Source of the DNA: Proteromonas lacertae
Taxonomy: Eukaryota
Assembly: GCA_002245135.1 (NCBI GenBank)
Contig: NGBS01001205.1
Coordinates: 1-64,000 of the forward strand
DNA: 64,000 nucleotides
Reading direction: 5' to 3'
The notes under the pieces are model-generated. The model was given only the letters and a program-made list of their open reading frames with translations, was not told where the DNA came from and searched no databases. Both the position numbers and the translations under genes were made by a program. How positions within the stretch are numbered: the first letter of the stretch is position 1; every line of letters starts with the position of its first letter. This document shows positions 32,643 to 45,560 of the stretch, one piece after another.

Positions 32643-33590
32643 GAGGATGGTCCAAATGCTGTTACTCTTACTCAAGCCAACAAGTAACGACTATTTTTTT
32701 AGTGAGTGAGATATTTTGTTGGTCCAAATATCATGTTGAGTGTATTAAAAATTCTTTATGAAGAGCAGATGAAACAGCTAAATTATAACCACAGTATTGA
32801 ACCAGTAGATGAGTCTTGGTTTAATTATTTGTTGCAATCTGATACAAGCACATTTAGGAGACTTCTTCATATGGCACCTGATACGTTTATAGAATTTTGT
32901 GAGTATATAAAAGATGATGGTATACTATCCAAACATCAATATAAAAACAAAGTCTCATTTAGATATGGATTAGCTGCAGGGTTGGTGTATTTTATCCAAA
33001 AATCGACAGTAAGTACAAATGCAGAATTATTCAACATGAGCAAAACAACCTACCTAAGATGGGTCAGACTAACTTCTCAATTACTATTGAATAAATACGA
33101 AGGTGCAGTTTTCATAGTTGATGAAACTCATATTAGAAAATTGTCTCAGATAAAGAATGGATTGTCCTTTCTATGTCGCAAGCAATTCCAAAGTATAAAC
33201 GCACAAATTGTGTGTGACTACAACGAAAATATTATATATTGTGATTGTAGATATCCTGGAAGATCGAGTGATAGTTATGCTTTTTCAAATACACAATTTT
33301 ATAGGAATTTGAGACAAATTTTAAGAGCAAATACTTTCGTATTAGCCGATAATGGCTATAAAAATGATAACAATATAATTACACCTTATAAAATGTATGG
33401 TCCTTTGACTAAAGAACTAACTACTTATAATCATTGGCATAGCCATTTTAGAATTCACATCGAACGAGTAAATGGACTTCTTAAAGGTAGATGCAGAATT
33501 TTAGAATATCCACATAGTAGAGTGGCAGAAGAAGTTATTAAGCATTTCTATTGCTCTGTTTGTATTCATCAATTATGTAATTTGGTGTGA
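32643..33590 (+). mobile_element. PIF/Harbinger transposon relic with DDE_Tnp_4-type transposase ORF (32706-33590)
   Basis: FRRLLHM...F, VDETHI, SINAQIVCD, PGRSSD, LADNGY, YNHWHSHFRIHIERVNGLLKGR. Candidate left TIR GAGGATGGTCCAAAT after TAA; right TIR not found. Confidence 0.85.
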
Positions 33591-34899
33591 TGGAAGTAAA
33601 GGATGCTGCTTATGAAGAATTATTGTAACAAAGAGTAGAAAAGAAAGTATTATTTACAGGTATCATTTATAGATATCATTTACAGGTAGTTTAGTAAGAG
33701 AAATTAAATACATTTTAATAGAATCTACAAGTATAATAATAATAATTTAATTTACTTCAATAGAGATAGAATTATCTTCAAGTGGATTAAATATTATTTT
33801 ACAAGTTATTCATTAACAGTATATATATTTATATGAATAATATTCAATAATTATAATGAAATAGAAATTCAAATTGATATGTTAGTTCATAAAGGTGAAA
33901 TGAATTACATAGTATTAGTAGAAGAAGAAAAGATGAGTATTGAAAAGTTCTTCATTCATAAGTATATGTTTATATGTGATAATATTTATATTACAATAGA
34001 TTATCGACTGAATAGTATTTTAATTGAAGATGAAGGCGTGATGCTATTAACAAATGAACTAGATTCAGTTGAGTAGAATGTATATTTTATTTATTTTATT
34101 ATGTTGTAGATGGAAAAACCTTAAGTATATTTTTATTTTTTTATAATTTTTTTTAGAATTAGATGTTTGCAATAGTATAATTAATTATTTATCTTATATT
34201 TATATAGGTTGGATTACAAAGAATATGTGTAATATATGATGGTGAAGAAATTATATTATAAATTATTTAATTATGTTTGTGTTTCATGTAATAATCATAA
34301 TTGCAATAGAATAGCATTCATTCTATAAATGAAATATAAATTACCAACTTTGACATTACCTATCTAAATTACCTCTCTTATAACACTTAGCTATATATAC
34401 CAAAAGTAAACTGCATATCCAGACATTCTGTTTCCTTAATATTAATTTATTTGACTTCCTATTAATATATGAATTTTGAGATTTTCGATTCTGACAATTT
34501 TTTTTAGGTGTTTGGTTTTCGGATTTTTACCTACTTTTACTCACTTTAAATATATTTTTAGCAACTCGTAGAAAGAATATTTAAAAAAGAAGAAATGACC
34601 AAAATCATGTTTTTTTGTGATTAATGAACTATTTTCATCCAACTCATAACTCATATAGTGGCAAATTTTTATCGTCCAATTTATTTTAGTTATTGAGAAA
34701 AAACGTTTTAAAGTCAAAAAAAAACTTATAAATTTGTTATGGTGAATATACAATGACTGTATAGGATGACTTTAGAATAGAATTAACTTAAATTTATAAT
34801 CAACTAATAATGGTTCTTATGCAATATAAGTAAATGAAATATGCAGTAGTCTCATATTTAAGTAATTAGTAAATAGAAGCAGTTAACTAAAATAAGCTA

Positions 34900-37800
34900 T
34901 GTTGTGCGCCGTTTGTCAGAGTTGGCCGTTTGTCTACCAGACACTTTCAAAACAAACTAAATACACAATTACACTTCTTTTAATGAAAAATTGATACTTT
35001 TATACTTACTTTGTCATATAACCTACATCTATGAGTAGCTACTAATTGTCATAATATTGACATATAATGTCTAAATGAGAAGTGTCAGTTACACAGGAAT
35101 TAAGAATTATACCCCTTTTGACGTCATTTTTAATTTAAAATTTCATTTTCTTCAACTTTTTTGTTTGTATGTTTTTATGATTCAGTCAAAGAGAAAAATG
35201 AATTTCAGTAGAAACTTTGAAGAATGTTAAAATATTATATCAAGATAAGAAGATATTTCAAAAAAGAAAATTCAAGCTTGTCAAACTTGACAGTTTTTTT
35301 ATTTCAGAAAATCAAAATGTAAGTACTATATATCTATATTATTATTATTATTATTATTATTATCAAAATACTTACTTTATATTATTTATAAACTGTATAA
35401 TACTATCATGTACAGCGAAAGGTATAGAAGCATCATTATTTTATGAACATAAAGTAGATGTAATTGATTTTGGTGATAAATTTATTAACAGATAAGCTGA
35501 AAGCGCATTTTAATAGAAAATCAAGGTTTAAGAAGTCAAAGATTAACTAAGCCCAATTATAGAGTAGAAAAAATAATATATCAAATTTACAGCAGAATAG
35601 TGTTGATTTAGACTTTAGGAGAAAAAATGTTTTAATTAGAAGAAAAAAAGCTCAAGCTCAAGATTTAGATATTGGTTGAAGTACTCAAATAATATCAATG
35701 GATCATGCTTATTTATCATTAGATATTGGTTGAAGTATCACTTACCAATGAAGGATCAATTAAACCAAATGTAATAATTACTCCACCAAGGTGAATTAGA
35801 TATAGAAGAAAGTGTAACAATCGAAGTATCTTATACAAGTTCAACTCTTGGTGAATTTAGTGATCATTTTGAATTTGCATTAAAAGTAGCAACTAATAAT
35901 GTGGTATTAACAATAAAAGGACATGTAGTTGGTCCAACATTCTTCTTTAATAAGAATAAACTAGATTTTGGTATTGTAAGTTATGCGTTTTTAAACTCAA
36001 CTGATTTGATATTAAGAAATACTTCCTCTGTTCCATTTATATTCAATTTACGAGTTCCTCAAGATGGTAATTACTTAAACAAAGAATTCGAAATAATTCA
36101 AGCAGTAGCAACAGTATTACCAGAAGGAGAAGAGAAAATCAAAATCAATTTCATATCTCAAACAATAAAAGTATATGATTATTGTTTAGCAATTGATATT
36201 GAAAGTGTAGGTGAAGCTTTATTAACAATTCCAATAAGTGCAGAATGTCGAGTAGCTGATGTAGAATTATTAGAAGAATCATTGAAATATGGAGATTATT
36301 ATTTAAGATATACTTATTATCGAACTTTAACATTAAAGAATGAATCCAATTTATATGCTCAATTTGAAAACAGAACAAGATGAAAGAAGTAAATCGATTG
36401 GTAGTTATTTCCCTGATCCAGTTAAAGGTGTAATTTGTCCAATGGCAACTCAAATGATTAAAGTTTAATTAAATCCTGAGAAATTAGGTGATATGAGAAT
36501 TCCATTATATATTCAAATAATTGGCAGTCAATATCCTCCATTGGTATTAGTATTAGAAGCAAATGGACTTGGACCAGTGATAAAGTCAAATTTAAATCAT
36601 ATAAAATTTGGTGATATAACTTGTTTAGATACTCATACAAAAGAATTTACAATAACTAATCCAACTTCAATTCCATCTTAATTTAATACTGATAGAGTTG
36701 ATGGTATATTACAAAGTAAAGAATCTCAAAAGATAGTAATTAGTTGTATGTTGGAAGATGTATTAGCATATAAAAATACAATATACATAGCAGTAATTTA
36801 AGGTTATAGTGTAATTCTTTCAGTTACAGCTAAATGTATAATAACAACAATATTTTGAGAAGATCCAGTAGATGTAATTGATTTTGGTGATCAATTCACA
36901 AACAGAACAATCGAAAGAGATTTTTTTATTAGAAAATCGAGGTTTAAGAAGTCAAAGATTAACTTGGATAAATCAAACTGCAGTAGAAAAAGAAAAATCT
37001 TTTAAAGCCAATAAATCAAAGATGGAAAGTGAAATGAATTCATACCTTATGAAGCTATATTTACAATAACTCCCAATGCAATCGAATTAAAACCCAATAC
37101 TGCTTAAATTTTGTAACATCTGGAAGTTGTGAAAAACCCTGTGAAGTGATGAAAATGTTTTCTTGTTTGAGGAAATTTGATGGAGAAATAAGAAATAATG
37201 AAGCAAAAGAAACCGAAGTAAAAGTGAACTTTATGAATCCATTAATTCAATGTTCTGAAGAGAAAATCGAAGTTCAAAGTAAGACAGTTGTATTTAAGAA
37301 TATATCAACATTGAGTTTAGATGCGATAATAAGTATAGCAGCTCCAAAATTATAAAGATGATAAAATCTCATGTAAAATAAATGGAATATTGAATATAAG
37401 ATATGAAGATCATCCTCAGAAAGATTCAATTCCATGTGTAGCTGATGTTGCCTTTCCCAATTTATGGTTATCTCAAAATGATTTTGATTTTGAACTGAAA
37501 ATCGTCGAACAATTCCTTGTCCTTATCATTGGGAATTAGAAATAGATGAAACTGAAAATCAAACATCTCCAATCAATTAAGTATTTGAAATAACTCCAAT
37601 TCAAGGTATTTTATAACTAGGTGAATGTGAAGAAATGGAATTGAGATATTCTGGAATACCACATGTATTATCAAGAGCATTGGGTAAATGTTATGTAGAT
37701 GGAGGACCAGTTTATAATATCAAAATGAAAGGTGAAAGTTCAGTCGTATCTTATAGATTGGATAAACAAAATATTGATTTTGGTAGAATTCCTTATATTA

Positions 37801-40800
37801 AAGTAGAAGAAAGAGATTTTCATATATTTAATACAGGTTCAGTAGATTTTCCATTTAAAATCTCAACTGATAGCGTATCTCGACCTGGTTTAGTTGGTGT
37901 TTCACCATGTAATGGATTAATTCCATCTCATGATCAACAAAGAATCTCTGTTAAAATGAGAGTAGGAATTCCAGATTCAGTAATAGAGAAATTAGTAATA
38001 GAAATAGCTCATTATGTTCCAATAGATTTTCTACTTTATATAACAGGTATTTATGCAAATATCAAAGCGAATGGTGCTGAATACCAGATAATCGGGAATA
38101 TTACTTAGAAGAAGCTGATAGATTGATTGAATTATCCATTACAGAACATCCATTATCATTCCCAGCTTTACCATCACCAATCAAACAACAACCATCTTTA
38201 CCTGAAGTAGTAGAATCTTCAATAGATGAAAGTAATAATAACACTATTATAAATACTGAAGGAGAAGAAGTAAGACAACAACAACAGCCAGAACAACCGT
38301 CAACAGAAGAAGAAAAAGAAAAACTAGTTGAAGCTGAAAAGCCAATAATTGTAGATGGAGTTCCAGTTAATTCACCAACACATGGTTAAAAGAATTACCA
38401 CCAGAATCAAAAATTGAAGGAGAATTAGCACCACATAGTGAAGAACCAACAATAGCAAATACAAATGCAGAAGAAGAAAAATCTAAAGAAAAAGAAAAAG
38501 ATGAAAACAAGAAACAGTAATTTGCAAGAGTAAATAGTCAAAAAACAGTTTCTGTCAGAAGTAAGAATTCACAACAGAATGATAATAAAATACCATCTCC
38601 ACTTAAAATGATGGCAAATACAAACAAATTACCTTCAGGAAAGAATACAACAGTATTACAAATCACAGTTGATAGAGAATTTGAAGCATTAAGATTATAT
38701 TATATTAATTTATTATTAGATGAAATAAACAATCAAAATCCTGCTGATTTATGTTTAGCTCGAAAAGAGAAAAAATTAAATGGAACATCAATAAATGGTT
38801 CAAAAAGTGAAGGAGTAGTTGATAAAACCACAAAAACACCTGAAACTGGTTTAACAAATATCAGTAATAAAACAGGCAAAACAACAAAAATGGCGAATAA
38901 GAAAATATCTAATTTACATTTAGGTTGTAGTAGATTTTGGTAATGTAGTTCGAATTGATTTCAAGACGAAGACATTTACAATAACTAACATAGGTAATTT
39001 ACCAGTGAATTTCGGAATAGAAAGAAGAACTTTAAAAGAGAGTGGATATACATTAACTCCAGATGAAGTGAAAAGATTACCAGAAAGTTCAACAGTGACA
39101 TTTACAGCTAGTATTACAGCGAAATCTGATTTACCTTATGGAAGATATGATTTAGCAATTCCAATCAAAGTACAAGGAGGAATAACTTATCGTATAATAT
39201 TAAGAGCTGATGTGTGTATTCCTCGATTATGATGATTATAATGTAATTCAAACTGAAGTAAGAAATGTAGGTGATAAATTGGCAGTGGAATTACCACCAC
39301 CTGAAGAACCAGAACCAGTAGTAGAAGAAAGATCAGCTTTATCTGATCCAAAGAAAGGAGGAAAAAGAAGTAAATCAATTGATAAGAAAGGAGATAAAAA
39401 CTTATAGAAAGGTAAAAAAGAAAAACCACCACCACCTCCTCCTTCACCATTTGGAGTTGGTTTATTATGTGATATAATCAATAACAATGGTGAAAGTGAT
39501 ATTGATATAATAATTCAAGAAATCAAAGAAACAGTTCCATTGTTTAATACATATGGAGATTGGAAAGTTCCACCTCCAGTAGTATTCCAATTAGTTAAAA
39601 AGCAAATTCCAAGAAAACCCTTAATACCAACAAGTAATTATAAATTAATAGATGAAAATAATGCCACAAGATGGAAATTAGAACCTGATGAAGAATTGCC
39701 ATTAAAAGTGACATTTGAATAATTAGAAACTGGTAAATTTAACTATTGTTTCCACTTTGAGATAGTTAATAAAGATTAAACGTATGAAGTTCCAATCAGT
39801 GGTATTTGTGATTATCCAAAAATTAATCAAAATCCGAAAGATATATTTATGAAATCAACAAAACAAAAGAATGAACAACAAATAATAAGTAAGAGATAAA
39901 TAAAGAACAAAGGATATTATGAATTTGGTCAATTATTAATAGGCAAAAACATAAATATGAGAGAAAACAATCCATCTTTAAAACCTAGTAATTGTGAAAC
40001 AATTCAATTCAGTAATAATGGAATGTTTTCTGCAACAGTTGATTTGTCAATGAAAAATGATGATGGAATATTCACAATAGAACCAACCCAAATCGATATT
40101 GAAGCAGGTGAAACTCAAACAGTAGATACTGGGGCATTTCCAGTAGAAAATATTCAATAAGCAAAAGTTGAATGAAAAGATAGAAGAATTTTTAAATACT
40201 GAGATGTTATTCAAACTATTACTCCATATCCCATATTTATACAATTTATAAACGTATAAGAGACTTTGTGAATATTAATTCAAAGAGAGTTTAATATTAA
40301 TTCAAAACTTTAAAGATAATTGCAATAACCAAGACATTTACATTAGATAATATCTTTATAATGAATTTAGCAAGATTTGAAGATCAATATAATGAGATAG
40401 TAGTTGGTGCCCAAGATGAAGCAAAGATTGAAAATATGATATGAGAAAGAAAAGAAATTAAATGAAAAATAGTAATAAAAAAATGAAAGTGGAATAGTGT
40501 TGATAATGGTTTTAGAAGAATTATAGTAAAATAAGATGATAATTATTCTTTCTTCTTCTAGAAATATTATTACCAAATTGATGAAAAATACATTTTCAAT
40601 TATCAGAATTTATATAAAACAAAAAACAATTTTGGAAAAAGATGAGTTGAATGTTGTTTCAACTTATTTTCTGATTTCAATTTTGTTATATTTGTTAATA
40701 ATATATTATGATTATCTCATATATGAAATATGAGAAATCAAAAGTGTCTCCTAGACAAACGGCGTGAGAAGATTTAGAAATACGCCGTTTGTCTAAGGAG

Positions 40801-41446
40801 ACATTTTTCACTTCTCAATTTTCTTCTGTAACTTATGTGTATCATTTCATAATCATTGATACTATTATATAAAACAAAAAACAACACATAAATTATAATT
40901 TTGTAAATTTTACAAAAGAAGCTAAGTGTTAAAAATATATTCTAATTGGCTACACGCTGAAATGAATGATTTTTATGGAAGGTATTGAAATATGAAATGC
41001 ATTAATTTGTTGTAGCTTTGAGATTCATGTCGATTAAAGATTGTATTTCTGTTTGTATTGTAGATATTAACTTTGTAACTAAAATTATAGATTTAGATGA
41101 AAAACATGTGCATATAAAACAAGTGTTTATATCAAAATATTGATTTTCTTACAAATAAGGGGGTAATAAAATTCAAGTTTTTATTACATTTTTTTATTTA
41201 TATCAACAACAGAAGTGAGTTGTAAGCTAATATTTTATATTATTCATGTACCTAATATGTATTAATAGATTATGTAAAAATATTTGTTACATAGACTAAT
41301 TAAGTCATATCGTGACATGTCTATTATATACAAAATGTTAAAATAAAAGTAACAATTTTTCATTAAAAGAAGTGTATTTGTGTATTTAGTTTGTTTTAAA
41401 AGTGTCTGATAGACAAACGGCCAACTCTGACAAACGGCGCACAACA
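34900..41446. mobile_element. Cargo-carrying (Pack-type) family B element, 6547 bp
   Basis: ~100 bp TIRs TGTTGTGCGCCGTTTGTCAGAGTTGGCC... / ...GGCCAACTCTGACAAACGGCGCACAACA; TSD AGCTA at 34895-34899 and 41447-41451. Confidence 0.88.
35400..40160 (+). pseudogene. HYDIN: Hydin (axonemal central-pair protein) pseudogene fragments
   Basis: IKGHVVGPTFFF...LDFGIVSYAF...RNTSSVPFIFNLRVPQDG, repeated ASH-type DFG..NxG/T modules and YEFGQLLIGK. Many in-frame stops and frameshifts; far shorter than full Hydin. Confidence 0.85.
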
Positions 41447-41986
41447 AGCTATATAAAATAAATAATTATAAATTGTTTAATAAACATTTCATTTATAAAT
41501 TATAAAATATGTGAACATTAGCTATTTAGGTAGATTTAATTGTATTTTAGTTTCTATGTTTATCAAATGGTAAATTGTTCTATATTTAGGTAAAAAACAC
41601 TATATAATAAGAAAAATCAAGAAAAACATTTCAAAAGTTTGATAGAAAACTCGAGACAGAAATGACGTCAGAAGGGGTCAAATTCTTAATCTTATAAAAT
41701 AATATTATATTCATAATCTACATGAATTTTGTAGTCTATCTAGATAGGTTTCATGTCATATTAAGACATTTTTTCGTTGCCTAAAAAAGTTGTTTATATG
41801 GGTCGAAACCTATATATTCTAAAATAACTAACTCTGAACATCATGAATATCATATTAGTTTTGATTGAATCATTCTGCAATAAAACATGTCATTACTATT
41901 TGAGGAGTAACTCCACCTACCAAATATGACTTCATTGTATAGTATATTTGTGGAAATATCCTAAATACATTCTCTACACACAGGAA

Positions 41987-42694
41987 CTAATTACCAGCAA
42001 AACCCATAAAATCAGATTCATGTAATGAATCGAGTGCTTTTTGAAATTGTGAATTTTCAAATTGTGCCCATGAACTACAAGCAGTTTTCACTAAACCAAT
42101 AGCTATTTCATATTTTTGTCTATTATCTGCATTCATCCACTCTTGAGGAAGTGAGTGACCTAACTTCTCTCTGTTATAATCAAAGTTAATAAAATCTCTA
42201 CTATTCTGTGACGCTATTTCATTCAGTTCTCTATATTTATCTTCATTAATTAATGTACACTGTTCTTCACCCATATCTATAACACTATTCATCAGTTCTT
42301 GATTTTTTGGATCTAATGCCCATCTATAAAATTTTGATCTTTCTAATATCTCTTGATCATCCATATATCTTTGTGCCTTTTGATTATTCAATGCAATATA
42401 TTCTTTTACTTTTTCAGCTCGATTCGGATCAAAATTATATGGATTTGAATATTGATTGATCTTACTTACTCCATCAACTAATTCATTTTGCAAATACTCC
42501 TGCTGTAATAATAGTTTGTTATAATAATCTATTGCATCTTTATCATTACCTGTTAATCTATCCCAAGTTGAGGTCAACCAATCTTGTATATAATTTTTAT
42601 AGGCTGCTAATTGAGGATTCTTTTCTATAATCTCTTGTAATATAGATTCAAAAATGGATGTTGGTGGGATGAGAGTAAAGAAAAATAAATTCAA
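41987..42694 (-). CDS. Hypothetical helical protein (ORFan), start uncertain
   Basis: 235-codon ORF with protein-like composition; no recognisable motif. Confidence 0.55.
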   Translation of the reverse strand: MNLFFFTLIPPTSIFESILQEIIEKNPQLAAYKNYIQDWLTSTWDRLTGNDKDAIDYYNKLLLQQEYLQNELVDGVSKINQYSNPYNFDPNRAEKVKEYIALNNQKAQRYMDDQEILERSKFYRWALDPKNQELMNSVIDMGEEQCTLINEDKYRELNEIASQNSRDFINFDYNREKLGHSLPQEWMNADNRQKYEIAIGLVKTACSSWAQFENSQFQKALDSLHESDFMGFAGN

Positions 42695-42724
42695 AGATTA
42701 GGTATTTCTGATGTAGATGAAATT

Positions 42725-42958
42725 ATGCGCATTACACTTAATATGTTCCTTGAGTGTGTTAACAAGATTAAAGAAAAACGAAACACAATATTACCTCCCT
42801 ATCCTCCTAATGATAGTAATAAAGAAATAGAAGAAATACAAGTCAAGCTTGAAAATGACAATGACAATGTCAATCTCATAGATTATGACTTATCTCCAAT
42901 ATCACCAAGATCCATTAAGGATGAATATATTAATAATAACCAATGTCTTGTAAGTTAG
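42725..42958 (+). CDS. Hypothetical small protein
   Basis: ATG-initiated 77-codon ORF; no motif. Confidence 0.4.
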   Translation: MRITLNMFLECVNKIKEKRNTILPPYPPNDSNKEIEEIQVKLENDNDNVNLIDYDLSPISPRSIKDEYINNNQCLVS

Positions 42959-43025
42959 TTTATTGATAATAAATACATTACTTTGATAAATTTTGTTTTC
43001 TTATATAAGATTCTCTTAAACACAC

Positions 43026-43262
43026 ATGGACTTTGATGTAATAACTGTTTTGCTTTCAGTTCTCGTATTTGTATTGTATATGATAGCTTTGGCACTTTTC
43101 AAATACTTAAAGGCACACAATTGTATTCCAAACAATACAGACATAGAAGAACTTAGAAATAATATAGATGCCATGATGAATAAAGGGTTAGAACATGATA
43201 AGACACTTAAAGATATTCAGTCTCTTATTGAAATTACTAAACAAAGGAAAATGACTATTTAA
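43026..43262 (+). CDS. Small protein with N-terminal TM helix and coiled coil
   Basis: VITVLLSVLVFVLYMIALALF followed by IEELRNNIDAMM...LKDIQSLIE. Confidence 0.55.
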   Translation: MDFDVITVLLSVLVFVLYMIALALFKYLKAHNCIPNNTDIEELRNNIDAMMNKGLEHDKTLKDIQSLIEITKQRKMTI

Positions 43263-43304
43263 TTATTTTTTTCACTTTTACATTATATTATGTTTTTTTG
43301 GTTT

Positions 43305-43400
43305 GACTTGTAACTTACAACTTGGGCCAGTTGTAAGATACATCACAATTCAAGTTACAACTAGTGCCAGTTGTAACTTATATTACAATTCAAGTTGCAA
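43305..43400. repeat. Tandem imperfect repeat of two hairpins
   Basis: TTACAACT-TGGGCC-AGTTGTAA and AAGTTACAACT-AGTGCC-AGTTGTAACTT, each followed by ACAATTCAAGTT. Confidence 0.75.
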
Positions 43401-43862
43401 AGTGGCGGCCGGATATAGCAATACCAAACCCAACAAACACACACACCTTACATTACATAAAAAGAATATATAGAATTACCTTAATTATCCATATTAGGAA
43501 CTGGAATACCATATTGATAATGCCTGCCATTATACACAACAATACGATGTGGATCATTCATTGGCGCGGATTGCTGCATCTTTACTTTTGGCCTTCCTCT
43601 TTGTTTAGGCGGATTAGCAGCTAATATTTGTTTATGCATTTTCATAGCTTTTGTAGCGCATTCTTTACTTTATCTCTATACAAATCATAGCATTTTCTCC
43701 ATTTACTCCTGTTGGATTGTTAGATTCTTCAGAGTATATAAAACCCTTTTGGCCATCCTTCAGAGTATGACATTGTGATATATTAATATATGAAATATAG
43801 AAAATATATTCATTATAAGTTATTGTTTGTTTAGTAATACGAATCGATTAATGTAGTTAGAT

Positions 43863-44969
43863 TTATTCTTGTTTTTGTTTTTGATAATATAACACCATTT
43901 TAATTATTTCTTTCTTTAAATTTTTGTAATATGTAAGATCTTTGATAGTATCATGTGGTAGTTTACTTGAAAATTCATCAATAGTATAAAATCTGCTATA
44001 AAAATCACTGAATTTAAATGCTTCACATTTGATTTTGTAGAAATCAAAGAATATACTACATATTCCATCATATGTAATCTTATTTATTAAAGAATTAAAA
44101 AGTTGAAGGTTATGTTTTATTCCCTTTATACTTACATTAAATGCATATGGAACATGAATTCCACATCTAAGAATAGGATTATCTTCATATATTACGAAAT
44201 GATACTGCTTGCTATAATACATCTTTACATATTCTAGAAAAACACAAAACTGACTTGTATAGTATTTATTGATTATTGTGTCTAGAGGTAATTTGTGAAT
44301 ATTTATAAGATATTCACATAATTCTTTTATATGTTTTGTGTAAACTAATAAAGGAAATGTTATCATTGCATCTCCCCATTTTTTTTTATTAAATTTTAAT
44401 ATTTTAAATGGATTCCATTCGTTATATCTAATTTTGTTTGTATAAAGAAAATACGGTTTATTATCATTATCAAAGAGTATATATTTTGTTACTTTCATAG
44501 TAAATATACTATCTGAATCCATAAAAGCAATATATTTATTTGGAAGACAATACTTATAAGATATATATGCTGAATATTCTTTTCTCAAAAACCCATAAAC
44601 CTCATAATCTTCATAATATACTTCCCAATTGCCTATTATGTATGATTCTAAATATGTATACCCTTTATCCAATAGAATTACTTTTTTCCCTATATTTGAA
44701 GGCCAAAATAGGTTATAGTTATTAATTACAGATAGTATGTATCCTTGAGTGAAGTTAGATAAAGATATAAATAAACAAATTGATATATTATCCCATTTTG
44801 TTTTACTTTTTTCTTCATACAATTTAAAGTAATTGTTAGACATTTCATACAATGAATTACTTTTTAGTTTATTTCTTTTTGTTATACTCTTTAATCTGAT
44901 ATAATAATTTGTAAAATAAACAACAATTAATAAATAAATTACAAAATAAGTAATTGATTTTATATACAT
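43863..44969 (-). CDS. Putative GT-A glycosyltransferase-like type II membrane protein
   Basis: N-terminal TM, LFWP, YIAFMDSDSIF (DxD), MITFPL, SQF. Confidence 0.6.
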   Translation of the reverse strand: MYIKSITYFVIYLLIVVYFTNYYIRLKSITKRNKLKSNSLYEMSNNYFKLYEEKSKTKWDNISICLFISLSNFTQGYILSVINNYNLFWPSNIGKKVILLDKGYTYLESYIIGNWEVYYEDYEVYGFLRKEYSAYISYKYCLPNKYIAFMDSDSIFTMKVTKYILFDNDNKPYFLYTNKIRYNEWNPFKILKFNKKKWGDAMITFPLLVYTKHIKELCEYLINIHKLPLDTIINKYYTSQFCVFLEYVKMYYSKQYHFVIYEDNPILRCGIHVPYAFNVSIKGIKHNLQLFNSLINKITYDGICSIFFDFYKIKCEAFKFSDFYSRFYTIDEFSSKLPHDTIKDLTYYKNLKKEIIKMVLYYQKQKQE

Positions 44970-45104
44970 ATAAAGTAATTAACTGGTTAAAATATTCTTT
45001 TATATATATTGTGAATATAATAGTACTACTTTACTTATACTTTTTATCAACATAATAGTGCTAAAGAATTCAGCTGGGCTAAAGTTATTTGTTGTACTTA
45101 CAAG

Positions 45105-45560
45105 TATTGGATTAAGAGGACTGAAGTATTTAGCATTGAATAAAAGTATAATACCAGATCCTTCAATCAACATCTTAACCTGGTCTGAATGATGAATATT
45201 TTCATTGTCCATAAAAAAGCAGAATTTACCTTTTAGTTTTAGATCATCTAATAAGTACTTAAAGTATGTTGTAAATACCTCATAGTAGCTATAATTGTAA
45301 TATCAGTAGCACCTCTTGCCATGTGAACGATTGGTGTTGTTCCTTCGACAGACCTTGCACATCCATTTACAAGTCCCATGCTCCAATGAGTGTCATCTAA
45401 GTAAATTGAACGAAAACCATGTCTAGTATAATATCTTAATAATTTAATATCTTCAATTCTTTCCTTTAGTAATGTTGTATTCTGTCATTCTTTTGTTGCG
45501 ATCACGACAAATAGTTGATTTAGATAAATGCTTACCAGTTTCTGTGAAGATTTTTTCTTT
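45105..45560 (-). pseudogene. IS630/Tc1-mariner transposase relic (second HTH plus DDE domain)
   Basis: Manual translation gives ETGKHLSKSTICR, SIYLDDTHW, FFMDNENIHH and LLFNAKYFSPLNPI; frameshifted and truncated. Confidence 0.75.

Noticed and set aside
33700..34760. Possible decayed intron-containing gene
   Set aside because: No recognisable motif or consistent reading frame.
35400..40160. Stop-codon reassignment to explain the Hydin stops
   Set aside because: TAA, TAG and TGA all terminate normal genes here, and Hydin also has frameshifts and rearrangement.
41262..41447. Similar short ORFs at 41262, 45968 and 54071, and the first 19 codons of ORF 49400
   Set aside because: They are translations of transposon terminal repeats.
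43820..43865. Blastocystis-type stop codons made by polyadenylation (TGTTTGTT motif)
   Set aside because: The motif is incidental here, and the genes examined have genomic stop codons.
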